Assembly: GCA_964586355.1 (NCBI GenBank)
Contig: CAZPGO010000047.1
Span: forward strand, 1-22,040
DNA from: an uncultured archaeon
GTDB taxonomy: Archaea; Iainarchaeota; Iainarchaeia; Iainarchaeales; CSSED10-239
DNA length: 22,040 nt
Direction of reading: 5' to 3'
Numbering within the stretch: position 1 is the stretch's first letter; each line of letters opens with the position of its first letter. Below are positions 1 to 8,132 of the stretch, one piece after another. Below the pieces are notes generated by a model. That model worked only from the letters and a program-made list of their open reading frames with translations, did not search any database and had not been told where the DNA came from. The translations under genes and the position numbers were made by a program.

Positions 1-1
1 T

Positions 2-76
2 GGTATAACCATTCCTGGAGATTCAGGAGACGGCACAGGGTTTCCAGCAGGGTTTGGGGATTGGTGGAGAATATGA
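2..76 (+). CDS. Possible 3' end of a CDS truncated by the window edge (...GITIPGDSGDGTGFPAGFGDWWRI*)
   Basis: Frame 2 is open from the window edge to TGA at 74-76. The stretch is visibly more GC-rich than the AT-rich spacer that follows, as coding DNA is elsewhere here. No start codon or recognisable motif is visible. Confidence 0.3.
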   Translation, partial: GITIPGDSGDGTGFPAGFGDWWRI

Positions 77-212
77 CTGAATATAGATATTTTACAAATT
101 TCTACTGGTTGGGAAGTTTGGTTAAAACAATCTTTTTTATATAATAGTTCTTTTTTAAAAACATTTACATTATATTATATATGTGTTATAAATTAATTTG
201 GGGGTAAAAAAT

Positions 213-551
213 ATGACTATTCAAAGATTAGGAGCTTATGCTTTTTTAATAGGTATTTTATTTTCAATAGTTTTTGCTATTTTTCCATCTTTAACAGGAG
301 TTTCGTGGGTATCTATTCTTTTGTTACTCTTAGGTATTTTAATTGGTTTATTAAATATTGAAGATAAAGATATAATTCCATTTTTATTAGCATCAATTGT
401 GTTAATTGCTACAAGTGCTACACCACTAGGAACATTACCACTAATTGGTCCGTTCTTACACAGAGTTATACTAAACTTTGTAAGCTTTGTAAGTCCTGCA
501 GCATTAATAGTATCAATTGTTGCTATATTAAGAATTGCTAATTCTAAGTAA
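213..551 (+). CDS. Small integral membrane protein, unknown function
   Basis: The ORF is almost entirely hydrophobic, with about 3-4 predicted TM segments. The track starts it at TTG 198. I prefer ATG 213, which follows a GGGGGT Shine-Dalgarno-like motif (200-205). No family recognised. Confidence 0.55.
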   Translation: MTIQRLGAYAFLIGILFSIVFAIFPSLTGVSWVSILLLLLGILIGLLNIEDKDIIPFLLASIVLIATSATPLGTLPLIGPFLHRVILNFVSFVSPAALIVSIVAILRIANSK

Positions 552-554
552 TTC

Positions 555-1193
555 TTATATTCTTTTTTTACATTTTTTATTTATTATACATTCATCACAA
601 TTAGGATTTCTTGGAAAACAAACATTTTGTCCAAGCTTTACAAATACACTATTTGTTTTAGACCAGTATTTTTTTGGCAATATTTTTTTTAGTAATAGTT
701 CTGTTTCTAGAGGGCTTTTAGACTCAACAATTCCAATTCTATTAGTTATTCTAAAAACATGTATATCTACACAAACCGCAGGCACATCAAAAGCCTTATC
801 TAAAACAAGATTTGCTGTTTTTCTTCCAACCCCTGGTAACTTAATTAGCTCTTCTAAGGAGTTTGGAACCTTATACTCTTTTTCTCTTAGCAATTCGGCT
901 AATTTTTTTAGATTCTTAGCCTTCTGTTTATAAAAGCCAACAGGATAAATTAGTTTTTGTAAGGCTGGTAAGGAGATCTTTTCTAGATCCTTAAAATCTC
1001 TTACCTCTAAAAAAAGAGTATCACAAACCTTTTTTGTGATCTGATCTTTTGTTCTTGCTGAAAGAATGGTTCCTATTAAAACAAAAAAGGGCTCTTTTCT
1101 CTTAATATCTTTTTGTTCTTCTAAAGGTATTTTATACTTTTTTGTTTCTTTTTCTAAGATATTATAGATCTCAAGAATTTTTTCTAATTTCAT
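555..1193 (-). CDS. nth: Endonuclease III (HhH-GPD base-excision DNA glycosylase/AP lyase)
   Basis: Helix-hairpin-helix motif 'LPGVGRKTANLVL'. C-terminal 4Fe-4S loop 'CFPRNPNCDECIINKKC' has the C-x6-C-x2-C-x5-C spacing typical of Nth. The 212-aa length fits. Confidence 0.9.
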   Translation of the reverse strand: MKLEKILEIYNILEKETKKYKIPLEEQKDIKRKEPFFVLIGTILSARTKDQITKKVCDTLFLEVRDFKDLEKISLPALQKLIYPVGFYKQKAKNLKKLAELLREKEYKVPNSLEELIKLPGVGRKTANLVLDKAFDVPAVCVDIHVFRITNRIGIVESKSPLETELLLKKILPKKYWSKTNSVFVKLGQNVCFPRNPNCDECIINKKCKKRI

Positions 1194-1213
1194 AAATTTC
1201 TTTTTAAAAAAAT

Positions 1214-2503
1214 TTAAATTAACTTAACATTTTCTAAAATTCCAAAAGGCACAAGAGAAGCTCCAAAGAATCTTTGTTCTTTTGAAAAATAAAGATCTCT
1301 AAAAGATTCTTTACAATTGCCAGTAAAGTTTAGATTTGTTATGGTGTTTTTAAGTTTACCATTTATTATTTCTTTTCCTTGATTAATTACTAAAGAAAAC
1401 TCTCCTGTGGTTATGTTACTGGTGTGAAGACCCATAAGTCCATAAACTAAAACTCCTTTTTTTGTTTTTGCAATTATATCATTAATTTTTTCTTTTCCTT
1501 CTGCTATAATAATATTTGAAAAACCAGATGAGACTGCTGAATAAAGTCCATCCCTAAAACCATTACCAGTGGGTTTGTTTTTACTCTCTATTGCTTTTTC
1601 TTGAGAGTATATTATTTTTTTAAAAACTCCATTTTTAATAATCTCTTTTTTAGTGGTCTTTATCCCTTCATCATCCAAAAAACAAGAATCCATAAAATAG
1701 TCTAGATGTGGATCTTCAGTTATGGTTAGATCTTTAGAAAAAACTTGTTTGTTTAGTTGATCTAAAAGATAACTTTGCTTTTTTAGGATAGCATCTCCAG
1801 TAGCAGGCGCCAATATTAAACCAAGTAATTCTGAAAGTACTTCTGGGGTAAAGATTAAAGTGTATTTATCTTTAGTGCCGTTTATGGGATTTAATAAAAT
1901 TTTGGCATTCTCTTTTGTTTGATCAAAAACTAATTTAGTATTTATATCTTCTTTTTTTGTAAAAATTTGTGAAAAATAAGCACTAGATGGTTTTTTGTCT
2001 TTAGTGTTTATCATAACACTTAGATTTAGTGCTGACAAGTGGTTTTCTGTAGAGGTGTATGGATTTAAGTAAAACTCTTTGCTATTAACTTTTGTTATTA
2101 CTCCTTCGTAGGACTTTATGTGTTTTTCTTTTGTAATCTCTTGTTTTATTTCTGGTAATATTTCTGATAGATCTAACTTAAAAAGAGCCTTATCAGTTTT
2201 TATTTTCTTATTTGTTTTGTGCGATCCAAAGTCAGGAATTTTTACTGTGTTTTTTAGTTTTGCTATTCTTTTTGCTTTTTTTATGCCCTCTGTGATGTTT
2301 TCTTTAGTTATTTTTGTTATTGTTGCTGTTCCTGTTTTCCCGTTCTCTAAAACTCTTATAAGTAATCCACTGCCTTCTAAGTTATTTGTTTTTGATAATC
2401 CATATTTAAATATGCTTGCAGATTCTTTATAGTTATCAATATATGTAAACTCAACATTTTCTTTTTTAGTAAAGCCTTTACAAAGTTCATAAATATCATT
2501 CAT
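1214..2503 (-). CDS. pmbA: PmbA/TldE-type subunit of the TldD/PmbA metalloprotease (no HExxxH motif)
   Basis: About 430 aa, lying immediately downstream of TldD. The C-terminal region ('LMGLHTSNITTGEFSL', 'GKEIINGKLKNT') resembles the TldD/PmbA fold. I place the start at ATG 2503 rather than 2530 because GGAGG sits 8 nt upstream. That start overlaps the TldD stop as ATGAATGA. Confidence 0.8.
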   Translation of the reverse strand: MNDIYELCKGFTKKENVEFTYIDNYKESASIFKYGLSKTNNLEGSGLLIRVLENGKTGTATITKITKENITEGIKKAKRIAKLKNTVKIPDFGSHKTNKKIKTDKALFKLDLSEILPEIKQEITKEKHIKSYEGVITKVNSKEFYLNPYTSTENHLSALNLSVMINTKDKKPSSAYFSQIFTKKEDINTKLVFDQTKENAKILLNPINGTKDKYTLIFTPEVLSELLGLILAPATGDAILKKQSYLLDQLNKQVFSKDLTITEDPHLDYFMDSCFLDDEGIKTTKKEIIKNGVFKKIIYSQEKAIESKNKPTGNGFRDGLYSAVSSGFSNIIIAEGKEKINDIIAKTKKGVLVYGLMGLHTSNITTGEFSLVINQGKEIINGKLKNTITNLNFTGNCKESFRDLYFSKEQRFFGASLVPFGILENVKLI

Positions 2504-3896
2504 GTTTGGTTCCTCCAACAACAGCATCATTAATTAACATATGTGGTCCAGAACCAGAAACAAAAGCAGTTTGTCCATCTTTTCCACAAAATCCAAATTC
2601 AAATTTGCCAATTTTGTTTGACATCTTTGAGATGTTTTTTAAATAGTTTAATATATTTCCAGAAATTGATGCTTGTTTATATTTTTCCACAACTTTTCCT
2701 TTTTCATACTTATAAGCAAACTTTATTCCAAACATAAAGGTTCCAACACTAGGATCTACTTGTCCGCCAGCAAAACCATCTAGTAGATATCCAGTAAAAT
2801 CTTCTTTAAGATCTTTTAGAGTGTGCTTACCTGCACTAAAAAAAGTATTACTCATTCTAACAATTGGTTTGTTTGAAAAACTTTCTGCTCTGCTGGAGCC
2901 ATTAGGTTCTAGATTAAGCACACTTGCTGATTCTATATCCAACAAATATTCTTTAACCACTCCATCTTTAATAATGGTTTTTGGTTTCGCTAAGATTCCT
3001 TCATCGTCATAAGTAAAAAAACCAAATTCTTTTAGAGTAGGATCATCAATAACATTTATGTTTTTTTCTGCTAATACCTGTCCAATTTTTAATATTGAAG
3101 AATTATTAATCACAGCATCTGCTTCTGCAGCATGCCCTATGGCTTCGTGTGCTAAGAGATCTACAAGCTCAGGAGTTAAGATAATATCTGTTTTTAGTGC
3201 TGGGCATGGTTTTGCAAAAAGCAAATTTTTTATTTTTTTATAGTTATCTTTAATCATTTTTTCTTTTTGTGTAAGATTTATTTTTTCTAGTCCTCCTCTT
3301 TTCCCAATTCTTGAAAGATTTGTCTCAAAATTATCATTTCTTTTTGCAGTAATTGTTGAATACATAATGATTCTTGGATCTTCTTGATAAATAAAGGAAT
3401 TAGGGTTTACAAAATATTTGTCTGTGTGTTTTTCTAGATAACTTATATTTGATTGAAGAATATTAATTTCTTTTTTTTCTTTTAAAAAATTGGTGTTAAT
3501 CTCTTTTAGTTCTTTTACTTTTAGTGAAAGATCTTTTTCTTCAAAAGCTTTGTGTTTTATTTTTATCTTTTTATTGTTCTCTGATTCATAATCAAACTTT
3601 GTTTTTTGAGTTAATTTTTTTGTATTTTCTATACAATCATCAATGATTTTTTTATAGTTTTTAAGATTGGTTGTAGAACAAAAACCAAGTTTTTTATTTT
3701 TAATAATTCTAATTCCAATTCCAGTAATCTCATTTTCAAAAACATCTTTTATCTTTTTGTTTTCTAAAAGTATTTTATTTGAGTTTGTTTTTTCTAACCT
3801 TATATCATAATAATCCAAGTCCTTAGACTTTAGATAATTTTTTACAAGATCTAAATAGTTTTCTGGGTTTAGAGAATATTTTATTTTATTTATCAT
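2496..3896 (-). CDS. tldD: TldD-type zinc metalloprotease
   Basis: Zinc-binding motif 'HEAIGHAAE' (HExxxH) lies at the usual mid-protein position. The C-terminal 'GSGPHMLI' and 'GNIL..L' segments, the 466-aa size and pairing with a PmbA-like gene all fit. Confidence 0.88.
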   Translation of the reverse strand: MINKIKYSLNPENYLDLVKNYLKSKDLDYYDIRLEKTNSNKILLENKKIKDVFENEITGIGIRIIKNKKLGFCSTTNLKNYKKIIDDCIENTKKLTQKTKFDYESENNKKIKIKHKAFEEKDLSLKVKELKEINTNFLKEKKEINILQSNISYLEKHTDKYFVNPNSFIYQEDPRIIMYSTITAKRNDNFETNLSRIGKRGGLEKINLTQKEKMIKDNYKKIKNLLFAKPCPALKTDIILTPELVDLLAHEAIGHAAEADAVINNSSILKIGQVLAEKNINVIDDPTLKEFGFFTYDDEGILAKPKTIIKDGVVKEYLLDIESASVLNLEPNGSSRAESFSNKPIVRMSNTFFSAGKHTLKDLKEDFTGYLLDGFAGGQVDPSVGTFMFGIKFAYKYEKGKVVEKYKQASISGNILNYLKNISKMSNKIGKFEFGFCGKDGQTAFVSGSGPHMLINDAVVGGTKHE

Positions 3897-4020
3897 ATAT
3901 AATATATGTATAAATATGTTTTAAAAGAGATTTGGTGCATTCTTAAATTTTTAAAAACTTTTTTAAACAATAGCTATTATAAGTATATATATTTTAACAA
4001 AATAAAAAGAAGAACAGAAC

Positions 4021-4533
4021 ATGTCAAAAGAGCCAGATACCAAACACTATTATCATAAGAGTCTTATTACTTTAAAAAAAACCTCTTTTATCTATAAATT
4101 ATATTATTTTTTAATAAGCTTTAAGCTTTTTTATGATCATAAGACATTTATAAAATATATAGTCTTAGGTATTGTTGGAACCATTCTTGATTTTGGTCTG
4201 CTTTATGTGTTAACAGAATATTTAGGAATATTTTATTTAGTTTCTGGCATTATATCTATGGGCTTTGGGCTTACTGTTAATTATTTTTTAAATAAGAAAT
4301 ATACTTTCAAATATAGCCCAAAAAATAAATCCAAAGGCATAACCACATATACAATCTACATAATTGTTGCAAGCACAAGTGTGTTTTTTACAACAGGGTT
4401 ATTAGCTTTTTTTGTTGAAGTTTTTTTTGTGAATTATATGATTGCAAAAGCAATTGCTTCTTTACTGATGTTACTATATAGATTTATAGGTCATAAGTTG
4501 TTGTTTGATTTTGCAGAACATTTTGAATTTTAG
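4021..4533 (+). CDS. GtrA-family membrane protein (polyisoprenol-linked sugar handling family)
   Basis: Four TM segments. Contains 'KYIVLGIVGTILDFGLLYVL' and the GtrA-like 'NYFLNKKYTF' motif. It has an N-terminal extension of about 40 aa. Confidence 0.7.
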   Translation: MSKEPDTKHYYHKSLITLKKTSFIYKLYYFLISFKLFYDHKTFIKYIVLGIVGTILDFGLLYVLTEYLGIFYLVSGIISMGFGLTVNYFLNKKYTFKYSPKNKSKGITTYTIYIIVASTSVFFTTGLLAFFVEVFFVNYMIAKAIASLLMLLYRFIGHKLLFDFAEHFEF

Positions 4534-4617
4534 TTTTTATTTAAACATTTTTTTTCTTTACTCTTTTTAAGCTCTATGTTTCTTATATATGTTATAAGAT
4601 AAATTGGAAAATTAATT

Positions 4618-6720
4618 ATGAAAAATATAAACAAATTATTTTTGGCATTTTTAATAATCTTAATAGTTGTTTTTTTAGTTTTTATTATAACTGTTAATGT
4701 AGATAATTATAAGGAGATAAACTCTCCAGTTGATGAGAGGAACTTGACTATTTCAACAACCAACCTTTCTAGTGATTCTGCTTTTATAAAAGTTTCAAAA
4801 GAGGATCTATTAAGTATAATAAAACAAACAGATTCTTCTAGTAATCTAGACTTAGATCAAAGAGGTGGAGATGTTTTAAAAACCACGGAGTCTGTAGTTC
4901 CTTCTGCTCAATATGATTCTGATGGTGTGGTAGATTATTCCCAAACTAATGTTCAAGTTTCTGGTGTTGATGAAGGGGATATAGTAAAGACTAATGGAAA
5001 AAAGATATTTATAGGAAAAAGTAATGAGCTAATAGTTGTTGATGCTACTACTGTTCCAATAGAAGAGATTACAAAAATACAGATCTCTGATAAGGATAAT
5101 TATCATTATGATCAAGAAAATATAAGATCTATATTGCTTGATGAAAAAAACAATTATTTATATCTAATCACAGAAAAATACGATTTAGAAACAAAATTTG
5201 ATGACTCTCTATTACTTCCTCAAAGAATTAATCTTCCAATAACTGTAGTTGCCACTTATGATATAAAAGAAGATTCTTTAGAAAAATTAAATCAAATAGA
5301 AATAGAGGGTTCCTATTATCAATCAAGATTTAAAGAGGGTACAGTTTATCTTTTAACCACAAAAAACACTTTTTATTTTAATAACCCAATAACTATTAAG
5401 GATCTAATCTTAAGACCAATTAAAGAAACTAAAAAAGAAGAAACTTTCTATTTTGAGTCTGATATGATTATGCCAAAAGATCAAGGCATAGATAATAAAA
5501 ATATTTATAAAATTACAACCTTGAAATATAATTCAAATGATTATTCTGTAATAGATAGTTTAGATCTGTTATTAGATTATTCTAACACCATATATATGAG
5601 TAATAATAATTTGTATGTAGCTTATAAAAAACAAAGTTTTAGACCATATTATAGATATCCATTTAATACTGAAAATTTAGATATCTTTAAAGAGATCTAC
5701 AAAAAGATATATCCTCTAGATATTCAATCAGAAATCTCTAGTAATATTGATGATTCTGAAAAAATTATTTTAATATTAAATAATTATTATAACTCTCTAG
5801 ATTCACAAAATAAAGAAAAACTTTATCAAAAAATACAGTCTGAGGTTGAAAATTATTATAGATTGAAAAGAAAAGAATATGAGATAACTTATATTAATAG
5901 AATAAACCTAAAAGAAAATGGTTTCTTAGGAGATATAATAACAGGGCAAGTAAATGGAAGTCTATTAAATCAGTTTTCTATTGACGAAAAAGATGATTAT
6001 CTAAGAGTTGCCATAACTTATAATGATGAAGAATATAATTCTTTAAATGGTGTTATAATATTAGACTCTGATCTTAAAGAACACTCTTCTTTATTGGATC
6101 TTGCAAAGGGAGAAAGAATCTATAGTGTTCGTTTTTTAAAAGATAAATTGTTTTTAGTAACCTTTAAACAAATAGATCCCTTTTTTGTAATAGATTTAGA
6201 AGATCAGAAAAATCCAAGGGTCTTAGGTTATTTAAAAATACCTGGATATAGTAACTATTTACACCCAATTTCTGATACCCTAATCTTAGGTGTTGGTCAG
6301 GACACTAAAGAATCGGAATGGGGTGGTGTTGTAAATAGTGGTGTAAAGGTTAGTTTATTTGATATCTCTGATTATAATGACCCAAAAGAGGTCTCAACCT
6401 ATAAAGTATTTTCAGAAAATTCTCAAAGCCCAATACAAAATGATCATAAGGCTTTCTTATATGTTTCTAAGGAAAATTTAGTAGTAATTCCTGTGTTTGA
6501 TTATTACTACACAGAAAACTCAAACAAAATAAATTTCTATGTTTTAGAGATAAATCAAAATGAGCTTTTAGAGAAAGCTATTATTTTACATAATAGTAAA
6601 AAAAGTTATAGTAGTTTGTTGAGATCTCTTTACATTGGTGATGAGCTATATACAATAAGCGATGAATTAATAAAAACCTATAATTTTGAAAGTGCTCAAG
6701 AAACTGAGAAGATTATTTGA
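4618..6720 (+). CDS. Secreted or membrane-anchored beta-propeller domain protein (Beta_propel/PF09826-like)
   Basis: N-terminal signal anchor 'LFLAFLIILIVVFLVFIITV'. The C-terminal region carries 'DPFFVIDLEDQKNPRVLGYLKIPGYSNYLHP', which I recall as the hallmark of that family. 700 aa. Confidence 0.65.
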   Translation: MKNINKLFLAFLIILIVVFLVFIITVNVDNYKEINSPVDERNLTISTTNLSSDSAFIKVSKEDLLSIIKQTDSSSNLDLDQRGGDVLKTTESVVPSAQYDSDGVVDYSQTNVQVSGVDEGDIVKTNGKKIFIGKSNELIVVDATTVPIEEITKIQISDKDNYHYDQENIRSILLDEKNNYLYLITEKYDLETKFDDSLLLPQRINLPITVVATYDIKEDSLEKLNQIEIEGSYYQSRFKEGTVYLLTTKNTFYFNNPITIKDLILRPIKETKKEETFYFESDMIMPKDQGIDNKNIYKITTLKYNSNDYSVIDSLDLLLDYSNTIYMSNNNLYVAYKKQSFRPYYRYPFNTENLDIFKEIYKKIYPLDIQSEISSNIDDSEKIILILNNYYNSLDSQNKEKLYQKIQSEVENYYRLKRKEYEITYINRINLKENGFLGDIITGQVNGSLLNQFSIDEKDDYLRVAITYNDEEYNSLNGVIILDSDLKEHSSLLDLAKGERIYSVRFLKDKLFLVTFKQIDPFFVIDLEDQKNPRVLGYLKIPGYSNYLHPISDTLILGVGQDTKESEWGGVVNSGVKVSLFDISDYNDPKEVSTYKVFSENSQSPIQNDHKAFLYVSKENLVVIPVFDYYYTENSNKINFYVLEINQNELLEKAIILHNSKKSYSSLLRSLYIGDELYTISDELIKTYNFESAQETEKII

Positions 6721-6782
6721 TTTTTCTTTTACATTAACTTTATATATTCTTTTTATATTATATTTTATTAGAGTGATTATTT

Positions 6783-8132
6783 ATGAGAGTTTTACCAGAA
6801 GATAAAGGAAAGCTTGTTACTATTAAAAAAAAAGATGTTACTTATAAAGGGTATATTGTAAATATAATTGAAAAAAACAACCTTCAAGAACTAACTATAA
6901 AACTTTTAGATAATGGGTATAATATTTCTGTGTTAATTGATTCTGATACAAAAATAGTTGTTGGTACAGAAAGTAAAATATTTGGTCAAAAACAAAAGAT
7001 CAATATTACTCAAAACCCTAATTTGCCTTCTGTTGCTTTAATAGCAACAGGGGGGACTATTGGTACTCATGTAGATTATAAGAGCGGGGCTGTAAGTATG
7101 TCTAGATCTGCTGAGGAAATTATTTTTACTGTTCCTGAATTGTTAGATATAATAAATATTAAAAAAATAGACTCTATATCCATGAAAGGAAGCGAAGATC
7201 TTGGTTATAAAGATTGGCAAAAAATGTCAGAGAGTGTTTTTAAAGCCCTTAATGATTCAGATATTAAAGGCATTATTATTTTACATGGAACAGATACTCT
7301 TGCATGGAGTGGAACTGCAATATCATTTATGATAGAAAATATAAATAAGCCAGTACTTTTAGTAGGTGCTCAAAAATCCCCTGATCGTGCAAGCTTTGAT
7401 GGGGCTATGAATCTTATTTGTGCTGCTAGGTTTATTGATCAACAAGTGCCAGGAGTCTTTACAGTTATGCATGGATCAATAAATGATGATTTTTGTGATG
7501 TTATTAGAGCAACAAAATGTAGAAAAATGCATTCTTCAAGAAGAGATTCTTTTAAAGCAATAAACGATTTACCAATAGCAAGAGTTTTTGAGAATGGTGA
7601 GATAACTTATCTAAAAGATAAAAATAAGTTATCAAAACCAATAGGGAAACCAAAAATAAACAATTGCTTTTCTGATTCTGTTGCTATTTTAAAAGCATAC
7701 CCAAATAGTGATCCAAAAATAATAGAGTGGTATATTGAAAATAACTATAAGGGTTTAATTATAGAAGGCACTGGTTTAGGTCATTGTCCAATAGGTCTAG
7801 GAGGAGATGATACTTCTTTTGATTCTAATAAAAATTGGGCCCCTTACATAAAAAAAGCAAATGATGCTGGACTAATAGTAATAATTACAACTCAGTGTTT
7901 GTTTGGAAGAGTAAATGCAAATGTTTATGCAAATTTAAGGTATCTAAAAGAAGCAGGAGCAAACTACTTAGACTCACATGATATGCTTTGTGAAGTTGCT
8001 TATATAAAATTATGTGTGGCTTTAGCAAGATTTGATAAAAAAGAAGAAGTTCTAGAATTTATGAAAACAGATATATCTGGAGAGATTTCTAAAAAAGAAG
8101 TAGTAAAAAGTTTTGAATTAGATTTATTATGA
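6783..8132 (+). CDS. gatD: Glutamyl-tRNA(Gln) amidotransferase subunit D
   Basis: Asparaginase-type active-site motif 'ATGGTIG', plus 'HGTDT' and 'EGTGLGH'. It has the N-terminal domain of about 80 aa typical of GatD. Its stop overlaps the gatE start as ATGA. Confidence 0.92.
   Translation: MRVLPEDKGKLVTIKKKDVTYKGYIVNIIEKNNLQELTIKLLDNGYNISVLIDSDTKIVVGTESKIFGQKQKINITQNPNLPSVALIATGGTIGTHVDYKSGAVSMSRSAEEIIFTVPELLDIINIKKIDSISMKGSEDLGYKDWQKMSESVFKALNDSDIKGIIILHGTDTLAWSGTAISFMIENINKPVLLVGAQKSPDRASFDGAMNLICAARFIDQQVPGVFTVMHGSINDDFCDVIRATKCRKMHSSRRDSFKAINDLPIARVFENGEITYLKDKNKLSKPIGKPKINNCFSDSVAILKAYPNSDPKIIEWYIENNYKGLIIEGTGLGHCPIGLGGDDTSFDSNKNWAPYIKKANDAGLIVIITTQCLFGRVNANVYANLRYLKEAGANYLDSHDMLCEVAYIKLCVALARFDKKEEVLEFMKTDISGEISKKEVVKSFELDLL

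Noticed and set aside
1-76. Short similarity between 'agggtttgg' near the window start and 'agggtttgg' at 21506-21514
   Set aside because: The match is only about 9 nt with no extension on either side, which is compatible with chance.
535-933. 132-aa plus-strand ORF
   Set aside because: It lies entirely antisense to the well-supported nth gene. The composition is low-complexity and Phe/Leu/Ser-rich, typical of a shadow ORF in AT-rich DNA.
2504-2530. Nine-codon N-terminal extension of pmbA (MMLLLEEPN) given by the longest ORF
   Set aside because: The internal ATG at 2503 has a GGAGG Shine-Dalgarno-like motif at proper spacing and gives the classic ATGA-type overlap with the tldD stop. The extension would lie well inside tldD.
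2118-3243. Plus-strand ORFs 2118..2432, 2543..2737, 2821..3012 and 3058..3243
   Set aside because: All are antisense shadows inside the pmbA and tldD genes and carry no motifs.
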